Position numbers and translations under genes: made by a program
The notes under the pieces: generated by a model
Told to the model about the DNA's origin: nothing
Seen by the model: only the letters and a program-made list of their open reading frames with translations
Databases searched by the model: none
Assembly: GCA_040756875.1 (NCBI GenBank)
Contig: JBFLYH010000001.1
Coordinates: 1,276,878-1,340,877, forward strand
Length of the DNA stretch: 64,000 bases
Reading direction: 5' to 3'
Source of the DNA: a candidate division FCPU426 bacterium
GTDB taxonomy: Bacteria; Oederibacteriota; JAAXVQ01; JAUVAV01
In this document: one piece after another, positions 47,714 through 58,104 of the stretch
Layout: every line of letters starts with the position of its first letter
How positions within the stretch are numbered: position 1 is the first letter of the stretch

Positions 47714-48510
47714 GGCACCTGTTCCTGTTTTGCTGGTTTTGAGTCGGCCTGCCGTTCTTCGGGCAGCACCACGGCCCGGGCCGAGCCCTCGACCTCATAT
47801 ACCCGGTCTTTGATGCGGAGCGTTATCTGTTCGCCGGTGATCCTGTCCCACCCGCGGATGATCTCCGGCCGTTCGCCTGGTTTTTCAACCGGCGGGAGGA
47901 GCAGCAGGGTTTCCGCTTCCTGGCTGAACCGCAGGTCGCCGGCCGTGGCGGTAATGTTCTTGTAATGGACCACGACCTGCTCGCGCGCCCTAGCGGTTTC
48001 AGCTTCGGTGTTCCAATCCAGCCGGTCGCAGCGGATGCGAAGGGGCTGCCCCTGGTCGTCGTGGGTCAGAACCCGTACATTCTTACGCACTTCCACGTCC
48101 GCGAGGTTGCGCCGGTAATCCATTTCCTTGGCGGTCAGGGTGATGCCGCGGTAATGGTCGATCAGGCGCACGCCGCCCCGGGCATAGGCCAGCCCGTCGC
48201 GCGACTGGACTTCCAGGTAGGGCGCCAACAACCAGGCAGATTCCTGATTGACCCTGACATGGCCGGTAAACACGGTCACCTGCCCCTGGTCCTGATACTG
48301 CATGCGGTCAGCCGTAATCTGCACCGGCTGGCTCTTGTCCGGCGCCGCCATCCTCTTCCCGTCCGAAGACACCGTGGACGTGGAAACCGGGGTGGGGCTC
48401 AATTTCAGCGTCACCTTTTCACCGGGCTGCAGGTCGATGCGAATGGGCACAGCGCATCCGGCCAGCAGGGCCATGGCCGCCAGTGCCGCCCCGGCAAGGA
48501 AGCTTCTCAC
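47710..48510 (-). CDS. lptA: LptA/OstA-family LPS transport protein
   Basis: [20 protein letters not shown]; lies between lptC and lptB. GTG start overlaps the lptC stop; lipobox LLAGC. Confidence 0.75.
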   Translation of the reverse strand: MRSFLAGAALAAMALLAGCAVPIRIDLQPGEKVTLKLSPTPVSTSTVSSDGKRMAAPDKSQPVQITADRMQYQDQGQVTVFTGHVRVNQESAWLLAPYLEVQSRDGLAYARGGVRLIDHYRGITLTAKEMDYRRNLADVEVRKNVRVLTHDDQGQPLRIRCDRLDWNTEAETARAREQVVVHYKNITATAGDLRFSQEAETLLLLPPVEKPGERPEIIRGWDRITGEQITLRIKDRVYEVEGSARAVVLPEERQADSKPAKQEQVP

Positions 48511-49082
48511 GGTTTGCCATCCTGCATGTCGAGATCCTGCAACGAGGGCACGGTGATTTTGACCTCCGCCAATACGTTGATATGTTTTAGTTCGCTGTCC
48601 GCTTCCATGCCCACTCCGGTCAGCACGCTGTTGCGCCGCACGACTCGCACCGGCAGGTCGGTGTACAATCGTTGCTGGCTGTGGCTCCAATTCAGGCGTT
48701 CGGTGGTCAGCCGGACGCCTTCGGCGGACACCATCTCCACCTGTTCTTCTGCGCGCATGTCGTTGTTTTCAGTGTCGATGACCCCCCGCCGGGCGGTAAG
48801 AGTCGAAACCACGCGCCCCTTCTGCCAATAGGTGACTTTGATGTCCTGGGCTTTGGCCAGATGGATCTTCTCGTAAATCTGGGCGGACCGGGCCGCGAAT
48901 TCCCATTCCACAGCCGCATCGCGGGTGGAGGTCATGCGGAAGCCTTCGAACAACATGGTCGGCTCTTCCGCCCCGCCGGAAATCGGGGCCAGCCGCACGG
49001 TGGGCGGCTCTTCCGTACAGCCGGCCAGCAGCGCCAGCAGCATGGCCAACGCCAATCCCCGCGGACGTCCGTGCTTCAGCAT
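48507..49082 (-). CDS. lptC: LPS export periplasmic protein LptC
   Basis: W...A..A, L.TERL.W, TD.PV, G.GMEAD; gene position; lipobox LLAGC. Confidence 0.8.
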   Translation of the reverse strand: MLKHGRPRGLALAMLLALLAGCTEEPPTVRLAPISGGAEEPTMLFEGFRMTSTRDAAVEWEFAARSAQIYEKIHLAKAQDIKVTYWQKGRVVSTLTARRGVIDTENNDMRAEEQVEMVSAEGVRLTTERLNWSHSQQRLYTDLPVRVVRRNSVLTGVGMEADSELKHINVLAEVKITVPSLQDLDMQDGKP

Positions 49083-49987
49083 GCCGTACCTCCCGAAGCG
49101 GGCGCCGGGCTTTTCCAGCGTTGATGGAACCACACCCATTGTTCGGGCGAACGCCGGATGCTGCGTTCCAGAAACGCGTTTCCCAGGCGGGCGCCTTCCG
49201 CCAAATCCAGGTCTTCGTCCGCGGAATGCGGCAGTTGCAATTCGGGTTCGATGACAATGCGGTGGCGTCCGTTGGGTTGGCGGGAAATGGTAATCGGGAC
49301 CACGGCCGCCCCCAGTTTGCGCGCCAGCCGGAAAATGCCCACGGGCGTTTTGGCCGGGCGCCCGAAAAAATCCGCCCATTGTGAATCCACGTCCGTGTCC
49401 TGATCGTTGAGCACACCCAGAAGCATACCCGCGTGCAGGCAGCGCAGAATTTCGCGGGTGGCGCCCTGGCGCTTGATCACGCGGATTCCGCCGCGTTCCC
49501 GGAAACCGTTGAGCAGGGCGTCCAGCCGGGGATCATACAGCGTTTGCGCCACCACGGCCGTGTCCCAGCCTTGCTGCTGGGTCCACACCGGCAGGATTTC
49601 CCAATTTCCCAAATGGCCGGTCAGGCATAAAACCCCCCGGCGCCGACGCCAGGCCGCTTCCATATGCTCCCGGCCCTCCACCGTCTCCACCAGCCCAGCA
49701 ATCCGCGCCGGCGGATACGCCATCATTTTAAACAACTCCAGGGCGTTCCGCCCCAGGGCCACGAACACCCTTCGGGCCAGGGCCTGCCGTTCCTGCGGGG
49801 ACTGTCCCGGATAGGCCAGGGCCAGATGGGTCCGGGCCCGCTCGCGCTCCTTTCGAACCGCCGCATGAAAAGCCGAACCGAGCGCTGCGCCCAGGGCCAA
49901 GGCCGCCCGCCAGGGCAAAATTCCCACCATGAGCAGCACCCCGCGCAGGGCCCAGTAGATGACGGTGTTCTTCAGCTTTTGCGCCAT
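49076..49987 (-). CDS. lipid A late acyltransferase (LpxL/HtrB family)
   Basis: TGHLGNWE, LNDQD, FFG.PA.TP, PEQWVWFHQRWK. Confidence 0.88.
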   Translation of the reverse strand: MAQKLKNTVIYWALRGVLLMVGILPWRAALALGAALGSAFHAAVRKERERARTHLALAYPGQSPQERQALARRVFVALGRNALELFKMMAYPPARIAGLVETVEGREHMEAAWRRRRGVLCLTGHLGNWEILPVWTQQQGWDTAVVAQTLYDPRLDALLNGFRERGGIRVIKRQGATREILRCLHAGMLLGVLNDQDTDVDSQWADFFGRPAKTPVGIFRLARKLGAAVVPITISRQPNGRHRIVIEPELQLPHSADEDLDLAEGARLGNAFLERSIRRSPEQWVWFHQRWKSPAPASGGTAC

Positions 49988-50664
49988 GGAGCCCCCCGGT
50001 CGAAGGAACCGGGGTACCTATTTCTGCCCTGCGTTTTTTTTTTCAGGGTAGACGGCGACATCCCCGCAGCAGGAGATTCGCATTCCTCCTGCGAAGGGGA
50101 TGGAGAGGATTTCCGCGGCGAAGGGTGGGAGCCGGCTAAGCGGTTGACAACCATGGCCCAGCGGCTTTGGGCTTTAAGGAGGCGTTCCACGACTTCGCGC
50201 ACAGCCCCGTGCCCGCCGGCGGCCGCAGTCACGAAATCCGCGGCCCGTTTCACTTCCGGCGCGGCGTCAGCCACGGCCACGGCCACGCCCGCCAGACGCA
50301 TAGCAGCCAGATCGACCAAGTCGTCCCCCACGTACGCGGTGGCCGCGGGCGGAACGGAAACACGGCGGCAGATTTCCAGCAGGGCGCCGCCCTTGTCCAG
50401 CCGCCCCTGCATGACCACGGTCACCCCGCACTCACGGGCGCGGAGGGTCACCACCGGACTCCTGCGGGCCGTCAGAAAAGCGGTGGCCAGTCCGGCCTGG
50501 CGCGCCAGGGACAATCCCAGGCCGTCGCGGACCGAGAACACCTTGGCGTCCCGCCCCGCCCGGTCGAGCCACAGCCCGCCGTCGGTCAGAACGCCGTCCA
50601 CGTCGCATACCAGCAGCCTGACGGTGTGCAATCGCGCGGCCAGCGGCATCCGGCCCGCCATCAC
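49972..50664 (-). CDS. kdsC: KDO-8-phosphate phosphatase with C-terminal extension
   Basis: DVDGVLTDG, F.VRDG.G, YVGDD..D, GG.GAVREV. Confidence 0.9.
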   Translation of the reverse strand: MMAGRMPLAARLHTVRLLVCDVDGVLTDGGLWLDRAGRDAKVFSVRDGLGLSLARQAGLATAFLTARRSPVVTLRARECGVTVVMQGRLDKGGALLEICRRVSVPPAATAYVGDDLVDLAAMRLAGVAVAVADAAPEVKRAADFVTAAAGGHGAVREVVERLLKAQSRWAMVVNRLAGSHPSPRKSSPSPSQEECESPAAGMSPSTLKKKTQGRNRYPGSFDRGAPWRKS

Positions 50665-51644
50665 ACCACCCCGGCGTCGAACAGATCCAGGAAATGAACC
50701 ACGCCGATCAACTGCCGTTTCCGGTTGACCACCAGCAGGACGAAAATGCGCTTGTCCTGCATGACCCGGACCGCCTTGATGGCCAGTTCGTCCTCGTACA
50801 AAACGACCGGCTGTTTGGTCATTACCTGGCCGATCTTGAACTTGCCGAACTGGCGCTCGCGCCCGACCAGGCGCCGCAAATCGCCGTCCGTGAAAATGCC
50901 CAGCAGGCGCCCCTGGGTGTCCACCACGCCCACACAGCCGAACCGCTTGCGCGTCATTTCATAAATAGCGCTTTCCAAACCGGCTGTGGAGACGATTTTC
51001 GGCAGAGCGTCGCCGGTGTGCATGATGTCGCGTATCCGGATCAGGCCCTTGCCCAATTCCCCGCCGGGATGCAGTTGGGAAAAATCCTCGGGTTTGAAAC
51101 CGCGGACGTTCATGAGTGACACGGCCAGCGCGTCGCCCAGGGCCAGGACGGCCGTAGTGCTGGCCGTCGGCGCCAGCCCGAGCGGACAGGCCTCCTCGGC
51201 CACGCGGACATCCAGCACGACGTCGGCATTGGCGGCCAGCGTGCTGGGTTGCTTGCCGGTCATGGCGATCAAGGGCACCCCCAGGCGTTTGACGTGCGGA
51301 AGCAGGCGCACCAGTTCCTCGGTTTCGCCGGAATTGGAGATGGCGATGGCCACATCCGGCGGCGTCAGCATGCCCAGATCTCCGTGAAGCGCTTCGGAGG
51401 CGTGCACGAAAATGGAGGGGGTTCCGGTCGAGGAGAACGTGGCGGCAATTTTTTGGCCGATGACGCCCGATTTGCCCAAACCGGTCACCACCACCCGGCC
51501 GCGGCAGTTGAAGATCAGCTTGACCGCTTTTTCGAATTCAGGGCCCAGGCGCGGGATCAGGTCGGCCACGGCCTGCGATTCAATCCGCAGGACCCGGCGG
51601 GCGTCCTGAATGACGGCGGAAGGAGCTGGCTTGGATTTGGGCAT
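50661..51644 (-). CDS. kdsD: arabinose-5-phosphate isomerase (KpsF/GutQ; SIS + CBS)
   Basis: G.GKSG..G.KIAAT..STGTP, HGDLG, SNSGET, APTASTT, HPGG.LG, GIFTDGDLRR. Confidence 0.93.
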   Translation of the reverse strand: MPKSKPAPSAVIQDARRVLRIESQAVADLIPRLGPEFEKAVKLIFNCRGRVVVTGLGKSGVIGQKIAATFSSTGTPSIFVHASEALHGDLGMLTPPDVAIAISNSGETEELVRLLPHVKRLGVPLIAMTGKQPSTLAANADVVLDVRVAEEACPLGLAPTASTTAVLALGDALAVSLMNVRGFKPEDFSQLHPGGELGKGLIRIRDIMHTGDALPKIVSTAGLESAIYEMTRKRFGCVGVVDTQGRLLGIFTDGDLRRLVGRERQFGKFKIGQVMTKQPVVLYEDELAIKAVRVMQDKRIFVLLVVNRKRQLIGVVHFLDLFDAGVV

Positions 51645-52378
51645 TACTCGACGTAGAGAATGCGGGCGCAATTGTCACACGTAAGCAGCCCGCGGTATTT
51701 TCTCAGCTCGATGCTGGCTTGCGGACGGATGGAAAGACGGCAGCCTGTGCAGATGTCGTTTTCGATCTTGGACAGCGCCTTGCCGGCCTTGGCTTTAAGA
51801 AGGCGCTGGTACTGTTCCAGGTATTCCGGTTTGACCTTGAGCGCCGCAGCCGACCATTGGCGCTGGAATTCTGCAATGGCGGTCTCAAGGGCTTTGATCT
51901 CCTGCTGATGCCCTTTCTGGGTTTCAAGGGACTGCCGTTCCGTTTCCTTCACCGCGGCCTCGTCGGCTGCGATTTTTGCCTTCAGCTCATCCTCGGCCAG
52001 CATGATTTCCAAAATTCGCTCTTCCAGCAGGCTGTTCTCCTGTTTGTGCTGGCGAATTTCATTCTGCAGGGTGGAATAGGCTTCATTGGTTTTCACTTCG
52101 AACAGCTGATTGCCTAGTTTTTGGATCAGGACTTGTTTCTCTTTGGCGTCCACTTCGGCTTGGCGGCGCTCTTTCAACAGCCTTTCGGAGTCGTCTTTCC
52201 GTTCCTGAAGGGTAAGGCGGTGCTGGTCGGCATTTTTCTTTTCCGCGGCGATTTGCTCTTGAATGCGGGCGATTTCGGCGCGCCGCTGGTTCATCTCGTC
52301 ATCCAGGCCCTGGAGCGCCCATAAGGCTTCCAGCTGGGCCTTCACCAGCTGCGCTTTATCGGAAAGTGTGTCTTCCAT
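51644..52378 (-). CDS. coiled-coil protein with C4 zinc ribbon (DUF164/CT398-like)
   Basis: LQ.LD coiled coil, then CTGC...CDNCARIL. Confidence 0.88.
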   Translation of the reverse strand: MEDTLSDKAQLVKAQLEALWALQGLDDEMNQRRAEIARIQEQIAAEKKNADQHRLTLQERKDDSERLLKERRQAEVDAKEKQVLIQKLGNQLFEVKTNEAYSTLQNEIRQHKQENSLLEERILEIMLAEDELKAKIAADEAAVKETERQSLETQKGHQQEIKALETAIAEFQRQWSAAALKVKPEYLEQYQRLLKAKAGKALSKIENDICTGCRLSIRPQASIELRKYRGLLTCDNCARILYVE

Positions 52379-52492
52379 CCCATCGCCTCCTGCCTGCGGA
52401 GCCCGCCTCCGCCTGGAATTGGGTTGGCCGAAGGCGGTTTTTTCAAAACGGAAAAGCGGCTTGACCCCATAGGGCTCCACCGCCAGGTTGAC

Positions 52493-52569
52493 TGGTGGGC
52501 GGAAAAGGATTCGAACCTTCGACTTCCACCATGTGAAGATGGCACTCTAACCAGCTGAGTTATCCGCCC
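52493..52569 (-). tRNA. tRNA-Val (CAC)
   Basis: GGGCGGA...CCATC-TT-CAC-AT-GGTGG...GTTCGAATC...TCCGCCC-ACCA; 77-nt cloverleaf. Confidence 0.95.
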
Positions 52570-52589
52570 ATTAGCTGATAGAACGCTGA

Positions 52590-52618
52590 ATCTTACACAA
52601 TCTAAAAAGGACCGTCAA
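52590..52618 (-). promoter_or_regulatory. sigma70 promoter of tRNA-Val
   Basis: TTGACG-17 bp-TAAGAT. Confidence 0.65.
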
Positions 52619-52632
52619 GGGTAAAAACGCCC

Positions 52633-53190
52633 CTATTCCGCAGGGTTTTTCAGGGCTGCTACTTCCACCTCGTTCAGCGGACGGACGCCGCCCGGCGGCA
52701 GATCCCCCAGGTGAATGGGCCCGAAAACCAGGCGGTGCAGGTCCGTGACCCGGCGGTGGAAATGCATGGCCAGGCGCCGGACTTCGCGGTGTTTGCCCTC
52801 GGTCAGCGTGAAACGGTAGCGGCAGTCGGCAATGGCTTCCGCGCGTACTGACCGGCAGCGGGTCCGGCCTTCCAAAAGCAGGCCTGCTTCCAGTTGGGCA
52901 AAGGCCTCCGGCGGCAACGGCCGGTTGGTGGTCACCAAATAAATGCGGGGGATGGAAAAACGAGGCAGGAGCAGGCGTTGCACCTGGGGAAAATCGTCGC
53001 TAAACAGGAGCAAACCGGTGGTGTCGCGGTCCAAACGCCCCACAGTCTCCACGGTCGGCAGGCCCGGTGGAAGCAAGTCATACACCGTGGAACGCCCCCA
53101 GGGATCTCGGCGGGAAGCCACCACCCCCCTGGGTTTGTGCATAAGGAGCCACGTCCGACCCGCGGCCTCGGCTGGGGATTGATCCGGCAT
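52633..53190 (-). CDS. RsuA/RluE-family pseudouridine synthase lacking an S4 domain
   Basis: HKPRG, VGRLDRDTTGLLL, EGK.REVRR, LHR..FG. Confidence 0.9.
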   Translation of the reverse strand: MPDQSPAEAAGRTWLLMHKPRGVVASRRDPWGRSTVYDLLPPGLPTVETVGRLDRDTTGLLLFSDDFPQVQRLLLPRFSIPRIYLVTTNRPLPPEAFAQLEAGLLLEGRTRCRSVRAEAIADCRYRFTLTEGKHREVRRLAMHFHRRVTDLHRLVFGPIHLGDLPPGGVRPLNEVEVAALKNPAE

Positions 53191-53198
53191 GGAACCCC

Positions 53199-53441
53199 TT
53201 ACATGGAAATCGACTTCACCTCGACACCAACCACTGCCTGCAAATCCGACACCAAGGAATTGACGACGCTCTGCTCGGGTTTGACTTGCAAAATAACCAA
53301 CCCATCATCTGCACAAGCGGCATCGCTGACTTCATGCAGGCCCAACCGCAGCATGATATCGCACCCGTGCTTGGTAAGCACTTCCTGAACTTTGACCGCA
53401 TGGGCCTGGCGGGCCTTGATCCGGAGCAAAACGAGCTGCAT
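53199..53441 (-). CDS. small ACT-like protein resembling the TM1266 (Fe-only hydrogenase system regulator) family
   Basis: R..A.KVQ.VLT.HG..I..RLGLH; GAGGAGG RBS. Confidence 0.6.
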   Translation of the reverse strand: MQLVLLRIKARQAHAVKVQEVLTKHGCDIMLRLGLHEVSDAACADDGLVILQVKPEQSVVNSLVSDLQAVVGVEVKSISM

Positions 53442-53522
53442 AATCAGCCTCCTCATTTGAAAATGAGCGAGTTGAGCAAGCGGACCGCAATTAAGCTTTC
53501 TTCTTAAATTCCATTTGCTCAA

Positions 53523-53687
53523 CCTGCTCCACTGCTCAACTGCTCTGTACCTTTTCGCCTCTGGCGATATATCTCGATCAGTAGATCAGTTGAACAGTAG
53601 ACCGCAGTTGAGCCCGTTTGATCTTTTCCAATCTACTGTTCGCCTGCTCCACTGCTCAACTGCTCTGTACCTTTTCGCCTCTGGCGA
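53523..53687. repeat. 45-bp exact direct repeat (53523-53567, 53643-53687) within 8-mer periodic arrays
   Basis: CCTGCTCCACTGCTCAACTGCTCTGTACCTTTTCGCCTCTGGCGA occurs twice. Confidence 0.9.
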
Positions 53688-53695
53688 AAAGGTAC
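53667..53695 (-). terminator. 13-bp hairpin abutting the tRNA-Ile2 3' end
   Basis: GTACCTTTTCGCC-TCT-GGCGAAAAGGTAC. No U-tract follows, so termination is uncertain. Confidence 0.4.
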
Positions 53696-53771
<76 letters not shown>

Positions 53772-53879
53772 GTCATTTTGCCCTGCAAAATGACAGAACA
53801 GGTGAGCAGTCGATCAGGTGAACAGGAGAAAAAGCGAACCTGTGGTCTCCTGCACAACTGTTCCCCTGTTCATTATTGT

Positions 53880-55661
53880 CTAATCCAAATATCCGCGCAG
53901 CTTCCGGCTCCGCGAGGGATGGCGCAGCTTGCGCAAAGCTTTGGCTTCGATCTGCCGCACACGTTCGCGCGTGACATTGAAGATATTTCCCACTTCCTCC
54001 AGGGTGTGGGGGTAGCCGTCGCCGATGCCGAAGCGCAGGCGCAGCACTTCGGCTTCACGCTCCTTGAGCGTGTGCAACACCTTGCTGATCTGTTCCTGCA
54101 GCAGGAGGAAAGCCGCGGCATTGGCGGGCGAAATGACTTCCTTGTCCTCGAGGAAGTCTCCGAGGTGGGAATCCTTTTCCTCGCCGATCGGCGTTTCCAG
54201 CGAAATGGGTTGCTGCGCGATTTTCAGGATGCCGCGCACCTTCTCCACCGGCATGCTCATTTTTTTGGCGATTTCCTCGGGCAAAGGCTCGCGGCCGTGG
54301 ATTTGGACCAGATCGCGCGACACTTTTATCAGTTTATTGATGGTCTCGATCATGTGCACCGGAATACGGATCGTCCGCGCCTGGTCGGCAATGGCCCGGG
54401 TGATGGCCTGCCGGATCCACCAGGTGGCGTAGGTGGAAAACTTGTATCCTCGGCGGTATTCAAACCGTTCCACAGCGCGCATCAGGCCGATGTTCCCCTC
54501 CTGGATCAAATCCAGAAACTGCAGGCCGCGGTTGGTGTACTTCTTGGCGATGGAGACCACGAGGCGGAGGTTGGCCTCCACCAGCTCCATGCGCGCCTTA
54601 TAGGCGGCCGCTTCGCCTTCCTCGATTTCCTTGGCCAGCGCCACCAGGGCATCAGGCTCCATCTCCGCTTCCTGGGCGGCATGTTCGATCCGCCTCAGCT
54701 CGTCCTGGTAATTTTTCACCATCAACTGCAGTTCTTCGGCTTTGGCCTTGGCTTCGCGCTCCAATTTCTTGATTTCGCGGGGCGAGCCTTTAAGGGTTTT
54801 GCTGACCGAGCGCAGTTGATCGGGACGGATAGCGTAGCGTTTGAGCCAGCTCTCCAGCTTGCGCCGCGAGGATTTAACCTGGCCTGCGGCCACCTTGATG
54901 TATTCGATCAAGCGGGCCATTTCGACCTGGTTGAGGTTGATGCTCTTGAGGCTGCGGAAACGCTTCGCCGCGGCTTGTTGGTACTGGCGGTCCAGGAGAC
55001 GCCGCTGCCTTTCGCCGAGTTTGGATGACTGCAGCCGCTGGGTCAGGCGCTTGGCGGTCTGGGCGTGCTCCAGGGAGGCTTTCATTTCCCGCTTCACGGC
55101 CGTGGCCATGGCGCGCTCAACCGTCGGCGCGATTTCGCCCTCCAGATTGTGTTTGACGATTGAGGAAGCCAGGATTTTCCCGCGCACTAGCTTTTCAAAG
55201 AGCACGCGGATTTCCCTGAGGGACAACGGGGCCTCCAGCACGGCCTTCTCCACCCTCAGCTCCTGCTCCTCGATCCGCTTGGCCAGGCGAACTTCCTGTT
55301 CGCGCGTGAGCAGCGGGACGCGGCCCATCTCATGAAGGTACATGCGGACCGGGTCGTCGGAGCGGCTTTCCTCGACCGGCGCTTCCTGCGCAGACTCGAA
55401 TTCCACCTCTTCGAGTTCGCTGACCAGGGAAATCCGGTCGTCGGTGGCAGGCTCCTTGTCCGCATCCACAATCTCGATGTCGTTTTCTCCCAGCATGATC
55501 AAAATATCATCGATCTGCTCGGAGGAAACCACTTCGGACGGCAACAGGTTGTTGACGTCGTTGTAGGTCAGGTATCCTTTTTTGCGCCCTTTTTCAAGGA
55601 GTTTCTCGACCTCACCTGGCTTCAAAGTCTTGTGTTCGGCGTCTTTCGCCATCTGGGCCAC
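53880..55661 (-). CDS. rpoD: primary sigma factor sigma70
   Basis: Region 1.1, [46 protein letters not shown]. Confidence 0.97.
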   Translation of the reverse strand: MAQMAKDAEHKTLKPGEVEKLLEKGRKKGYLTYNDVNNLLPSEVVSSEQIDDILIMLGENDIEIVDADKEPATDDRISLVSELEEVEFESAQEAPVEESRSDDPVRMYLHEMGRVPLLTREQEVRLAKRIEEQELRVEKAVLEAPLSLREIRVLFEKLVRGKILASSIVKHNLEGEIAPTVERAMATAVKREMKASLEHAQTAKRLTQRLQSSKLGERQRRLLDRQYQQAAAKRFRSLKSINLNQVEMARLIEYIKVAAGQVKSSRRKLESWLKRYAIRPDQLRSVSKTLKGSPREIKKLEREAKAKAEELQLMVKNYQDELRRIEHAAQEAEMEPDALVALAKEIEEGEAAAYKARMELVEANLRLVVSIAKKYTNRGLQFLDLIQEGNIGLMRAVERFEYRRGYKFSTYATWWIRQAITRAIADQARTIRIPVHMIETINKLIKVSRDLVQIHGREPLPEEIAKKMSMPVEKVRGILKIAQQPISLETPIGEEKDSHLGDFLEDKEVISPANAAAFLLLQEQISKVLHTLKEREAEVLRLRFGIGDGYPHTLEEVGNIFNVTRERVRQIEAKALRKLRHPSRSRKLRGYLD

Positions 55662-55737
55662 CCACTTTATACCCTCGGATCACAACAGCGCCGGGGCAAG
55701 ATATCCGCGATAGCGGTGTGAATTTCAAGAACAGTAC

Positions 55738-55765
55738 ATTTTATACGAACAACGAGTCCAGTCAA
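55738..55765 (-). promoter_or_regulatory. internal promoter upstream of rpoD
   Basis: TTGACT-16 bp-TAAAAT. Confidence 0.5.
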
Positions 55766-55775
55766 GCGCATTATC

Positions 55776-57575
55776 CTACGCCCAGGATTCGCCTTTCCAA
55801 ACCGGTCCAAAGCGTTTCAACTGCCCGGCCAGCTCCCTTTTTTCCTCCTGCAACTGCTTGAGCGTCTCCCAATCGCCGGTGGCCTCCACTTCTTGAATGC
55901 GGATCTGGATGCCGGTCAGCCGGTCCTGCAGGCGGAAAAGCTCCAGGCGTTTCACGCAGTCCTCCAGCACCCGCTCCGGATCCTGGGTCCCGCGGTCCAC
56001 GGCCAGCAACCGCTCCCCCAACTCGGCCAGGTCCGTGGTCAACGCGGCCCGGGCCTCGGGCCACCAGCGGTCCTCCTGGTCAGGGTCAAAAGGCTCCGCC
56101 AGGATTTTTTCCAGCAAATTCCGGTATTCCGAAACCTGGAACCATTCCGGACGCAGTTTGTCGCGCCACCCTGCGATCGTCCAGGGATAACGCAGCAGGG
56201 TGGCCACGATCAATTCCTCTTCCAGGGCGGCGCGCGCGCGCACCGGTTCGGGCGCCGGCTGCTCCTTGGGAAGGGGTGCGGGAGTCTGAAGCCGGCTGAT
56301 CTCGGTCAGCACCTGCCGGTCCAAAAGCTGCAGACGCTGGGCGAGAAGATGGGCGTACTCCCCCTCCTCGATGCCGCCGGCCGGAAACAGGCGGATCAAC
56401 GGGCCGATCAGCCGGACGACTTTGAGTTTTCCGTCCAAGGACCGGGTGTCCACGGCCGCGAGGTTTTTTTCCAGAACGTACTCGACCACGCTGACCGCCC
56501 GATCCACGCGTTCCTTCAAGGCCGACGCCCCGAAACGCCGCCAGTATTCATCCGGATCTTTGGCCTCGGGTAGAACCACGGCTTTGACCGACACGCCAGC
56601 CTGGACCAGGAGTTCGAAAGCACGGCGCGTGGCTGCGATGCCCGCCTCGTCGGCGTCGTACATCAAGACCGCCTGATTGGCGTACCTTTTGATCAACTGA
56701 GCCTGCTTAGGCGTCAGGGCCGTGCCCAGCGACGCGACGGTTTCGGCCAGCCCGGCTGCGTGGCAGGCGATGGCATCCACATAACCCTCGACCACGATCA
56801 GGCGCCCCGCGCTGCGGGCGGCCTCGCGCGCCACGTTCAGGGCATACAAGAGGTCGCCTTTGCGGAACAACGGCGTCTCGGGTGAATTGAGGTACTTGGG
56901 TCCCTGGTCGCCCAGCAGGCGGCCGCCGAAAGCCACGGGCCTTCCCTGCAGGTCGAAAATGGGAAACATCCACCGCTGGCGGAAACGGTCATAAGGGCTT
57001 CCCTGGTCTCCGGCTTCGACCAGGAGGCCGGCCTGTAACAAGAGTTCCTGGGAGTAATGGTCCCGCTGGGCGGCGCGAAGCAGATTGTCCCTGCCCGGCG
57101 GCGCGAAGCCCAGGCCAAACTGGCTCCAAAGCTCCTCCGGAATCTGCCGTTGCTGCAGATACGCCCTGGCGCCTTTCCCCGCTTCCGGCGCTCGCAGTGC
57201 CTGGGTGAACCTTTCGGCAGCCCAGGCCATCACCGCGTAAAGCTGCCGTTTGAGCTGCTCGCGCTCCGGTTGCTGTGAGCCTCCGGTGCGCGTCAGGGTG
57301 ATATTGGCGCGTTCAGCCAGCGTTTTGAGGGTTTCTGGAAAGGTCCAACCTTCACGGCGCATTAAAAACTCGAATACATCCCCTCCGGCACCGCAGCCGA
57401 AGCACTTGAACGTTTGACGCTCCGGATTGACGAAAAAGCTGGGTGTTTTTTCCCCATGAAAAGGACAAAGGCCTTTCAAGTTTCTTCCGGCCGCTTTCAA
57501 GGCAACGTATTGGGAAACCACGGCCACGATATCCGTGGCATCCCGTACGCGTTCTTTGTCGTCAGGCAGGTTCAC
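55776..57575 (-). CDS. dnaG: DNA primase
   Basis: CPFH.EKTPSF..CFGC zinc finger, KYLNSPET, VEGY.D, YDAD.AG, KDPDE. Confidence 0.97.
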   Translation of the reverse strand: MNLPDDKERVRDATDIVAVVSQYVALKAAGRNLKGLCPFHGEKTPSFFVNPERQTFKCFGCGAGGDVFEFLMRREGWTFPETLKTLAERANITLTRTGGSQQPEREQLKRQLYAVMAWAAERFTQALRAPEAGKGARAYLQQRQIPEELWSQFGLGFAPPGRDNLLRAAQRDHYSQELLLQAGLLVEAGDQGSPYDRFRQRWMFPIFDLQGRPVAFGGRLLGDQGPKYLNSPETPLFRKGDLLYALNVAREAARSAGRLIVVEGYVDAIACHAAGLAETVASLGTALTPKQAQLIKRYANQAVLMYDADEAGIAATRRAFELLVQAGVSVKAVVLPEAKDPDEYWRRFGASALKERVDRAVSVVEYVLEKNLAAVDTRSLDGKLKVVRLIGPLIRLFPAGGIEEGEYAHLLAQRLQLLDRQVLTEISRLQTPAPLPKEQPAPEPVRARAALEEELIVATLLRYPWTIAGWRDKLRPEWFQVSEYRNLLEKILAEPFDPDQEDRWWPEARAALTTDLAELGERLLAVDRGTQDPERVLEDCVKRLELFRLQDRLTGIQIRIQEVEATGDWETLKQLQEEKRELAGQLKRFGPVWKGESWA

Positions 57576-57599
57576 GCCGATCCCTCAAAGAGTGGGCTT

Positions 57600-57700
57600 A
57601 ATCCCTCCGCAAGAATCCCCGGTCTTGGGACCGGGGAGAGGATTTGCATTATTTGTCGCGGAGGGAGGGAGTCCCGGCCAGTAGCCGGAAAAGGCCTCCA
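57600..57700 (+). mobile_element. 101-bp hairpin element, copy B
   Basis: About 73 of 101 positions identical (hand count) to the reverse complement of 22141-22241. Confidence 0.65.
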
Positions 57701-57706
57701 CAATCA

Positions 57707-57738
57707 ACAACAGCCCGGACAGGGTTCCGGGCTGTTGT
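57707..57738 (-). terminator. putative intrinsic terminator between rpsU and dnaG
   Basis: 13-bp stem ACAACAGCCCGGA/TCCGGGCTGTTGT followed by U-rich sequence on the minus strand. Confidence 0.55.
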
Positions 57739-57796
57739 GGTGAGAGGATGGTCCGCGCATCCCAATCGCGCGGGAATGATAGACAGGATTTATAAA

Positions 57797-57982
57797 TTAC
57801 ATGGACCGTTTTCTGGCCTTCTTTCGGGCTGCCAGAATCTTCATTTTGCGCTTCACGCTCGGTTTTTCATAGTGTTCACGGCGGCGCATTTCCGAGAGTA
57901 CGCCGGACTGCTGGACTTCCTTCTTAAACCGGCGGAGGGCAGCCTCGAAATTTTCACTGTCTTTAACGCGAATTTCGATCAT
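57797..57982 (-). CDS. rpsU: 30S ribosomal protein S21
   Basis: ALRRFKK...[12 protein letters not shown]. Confidence 0.95.
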   Translation of the reverse strand: MIEIRVKDSENFEAALRRFKKEVQQSGVLSEMRRREHYEKPSVKRKMKILAARKKARKRSM

Positions 57983-58070
57983 GAGTCTTCATCCCTCCCT
58001 TCTCTTGGAAAATGGCGCTTTGCGGTTTCTAGGTTGCGCGAATCAATCCTAATAAGATTCGAAGCACATA

Positions 58071-58100
58071 ATAATATATCAACCCCTGCGGGTTTGTCAA
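58071..58100 (-). promoter_or_regulatory. sigma70 promoter of rpsU-dnaG-rpoD
   Basis: TTGACA-18 bp-TATTAT (or 16 bp-TATATT). Confidence 0.6.
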
Positions 58101-58104
58101 ACAA

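Noticed and set aside
52380-52492. RNase P RNA or other ncRNA near the zinc-ribbon gene
   Set aside because: Too short, and it lacks the GAGGAAAGTCC signature.
53523-53687. Possible CRISPR array
   Set aside because: Only two 45-bp copies with a 75-bp spacer that is itself repetitive, and no cas genes in the window.
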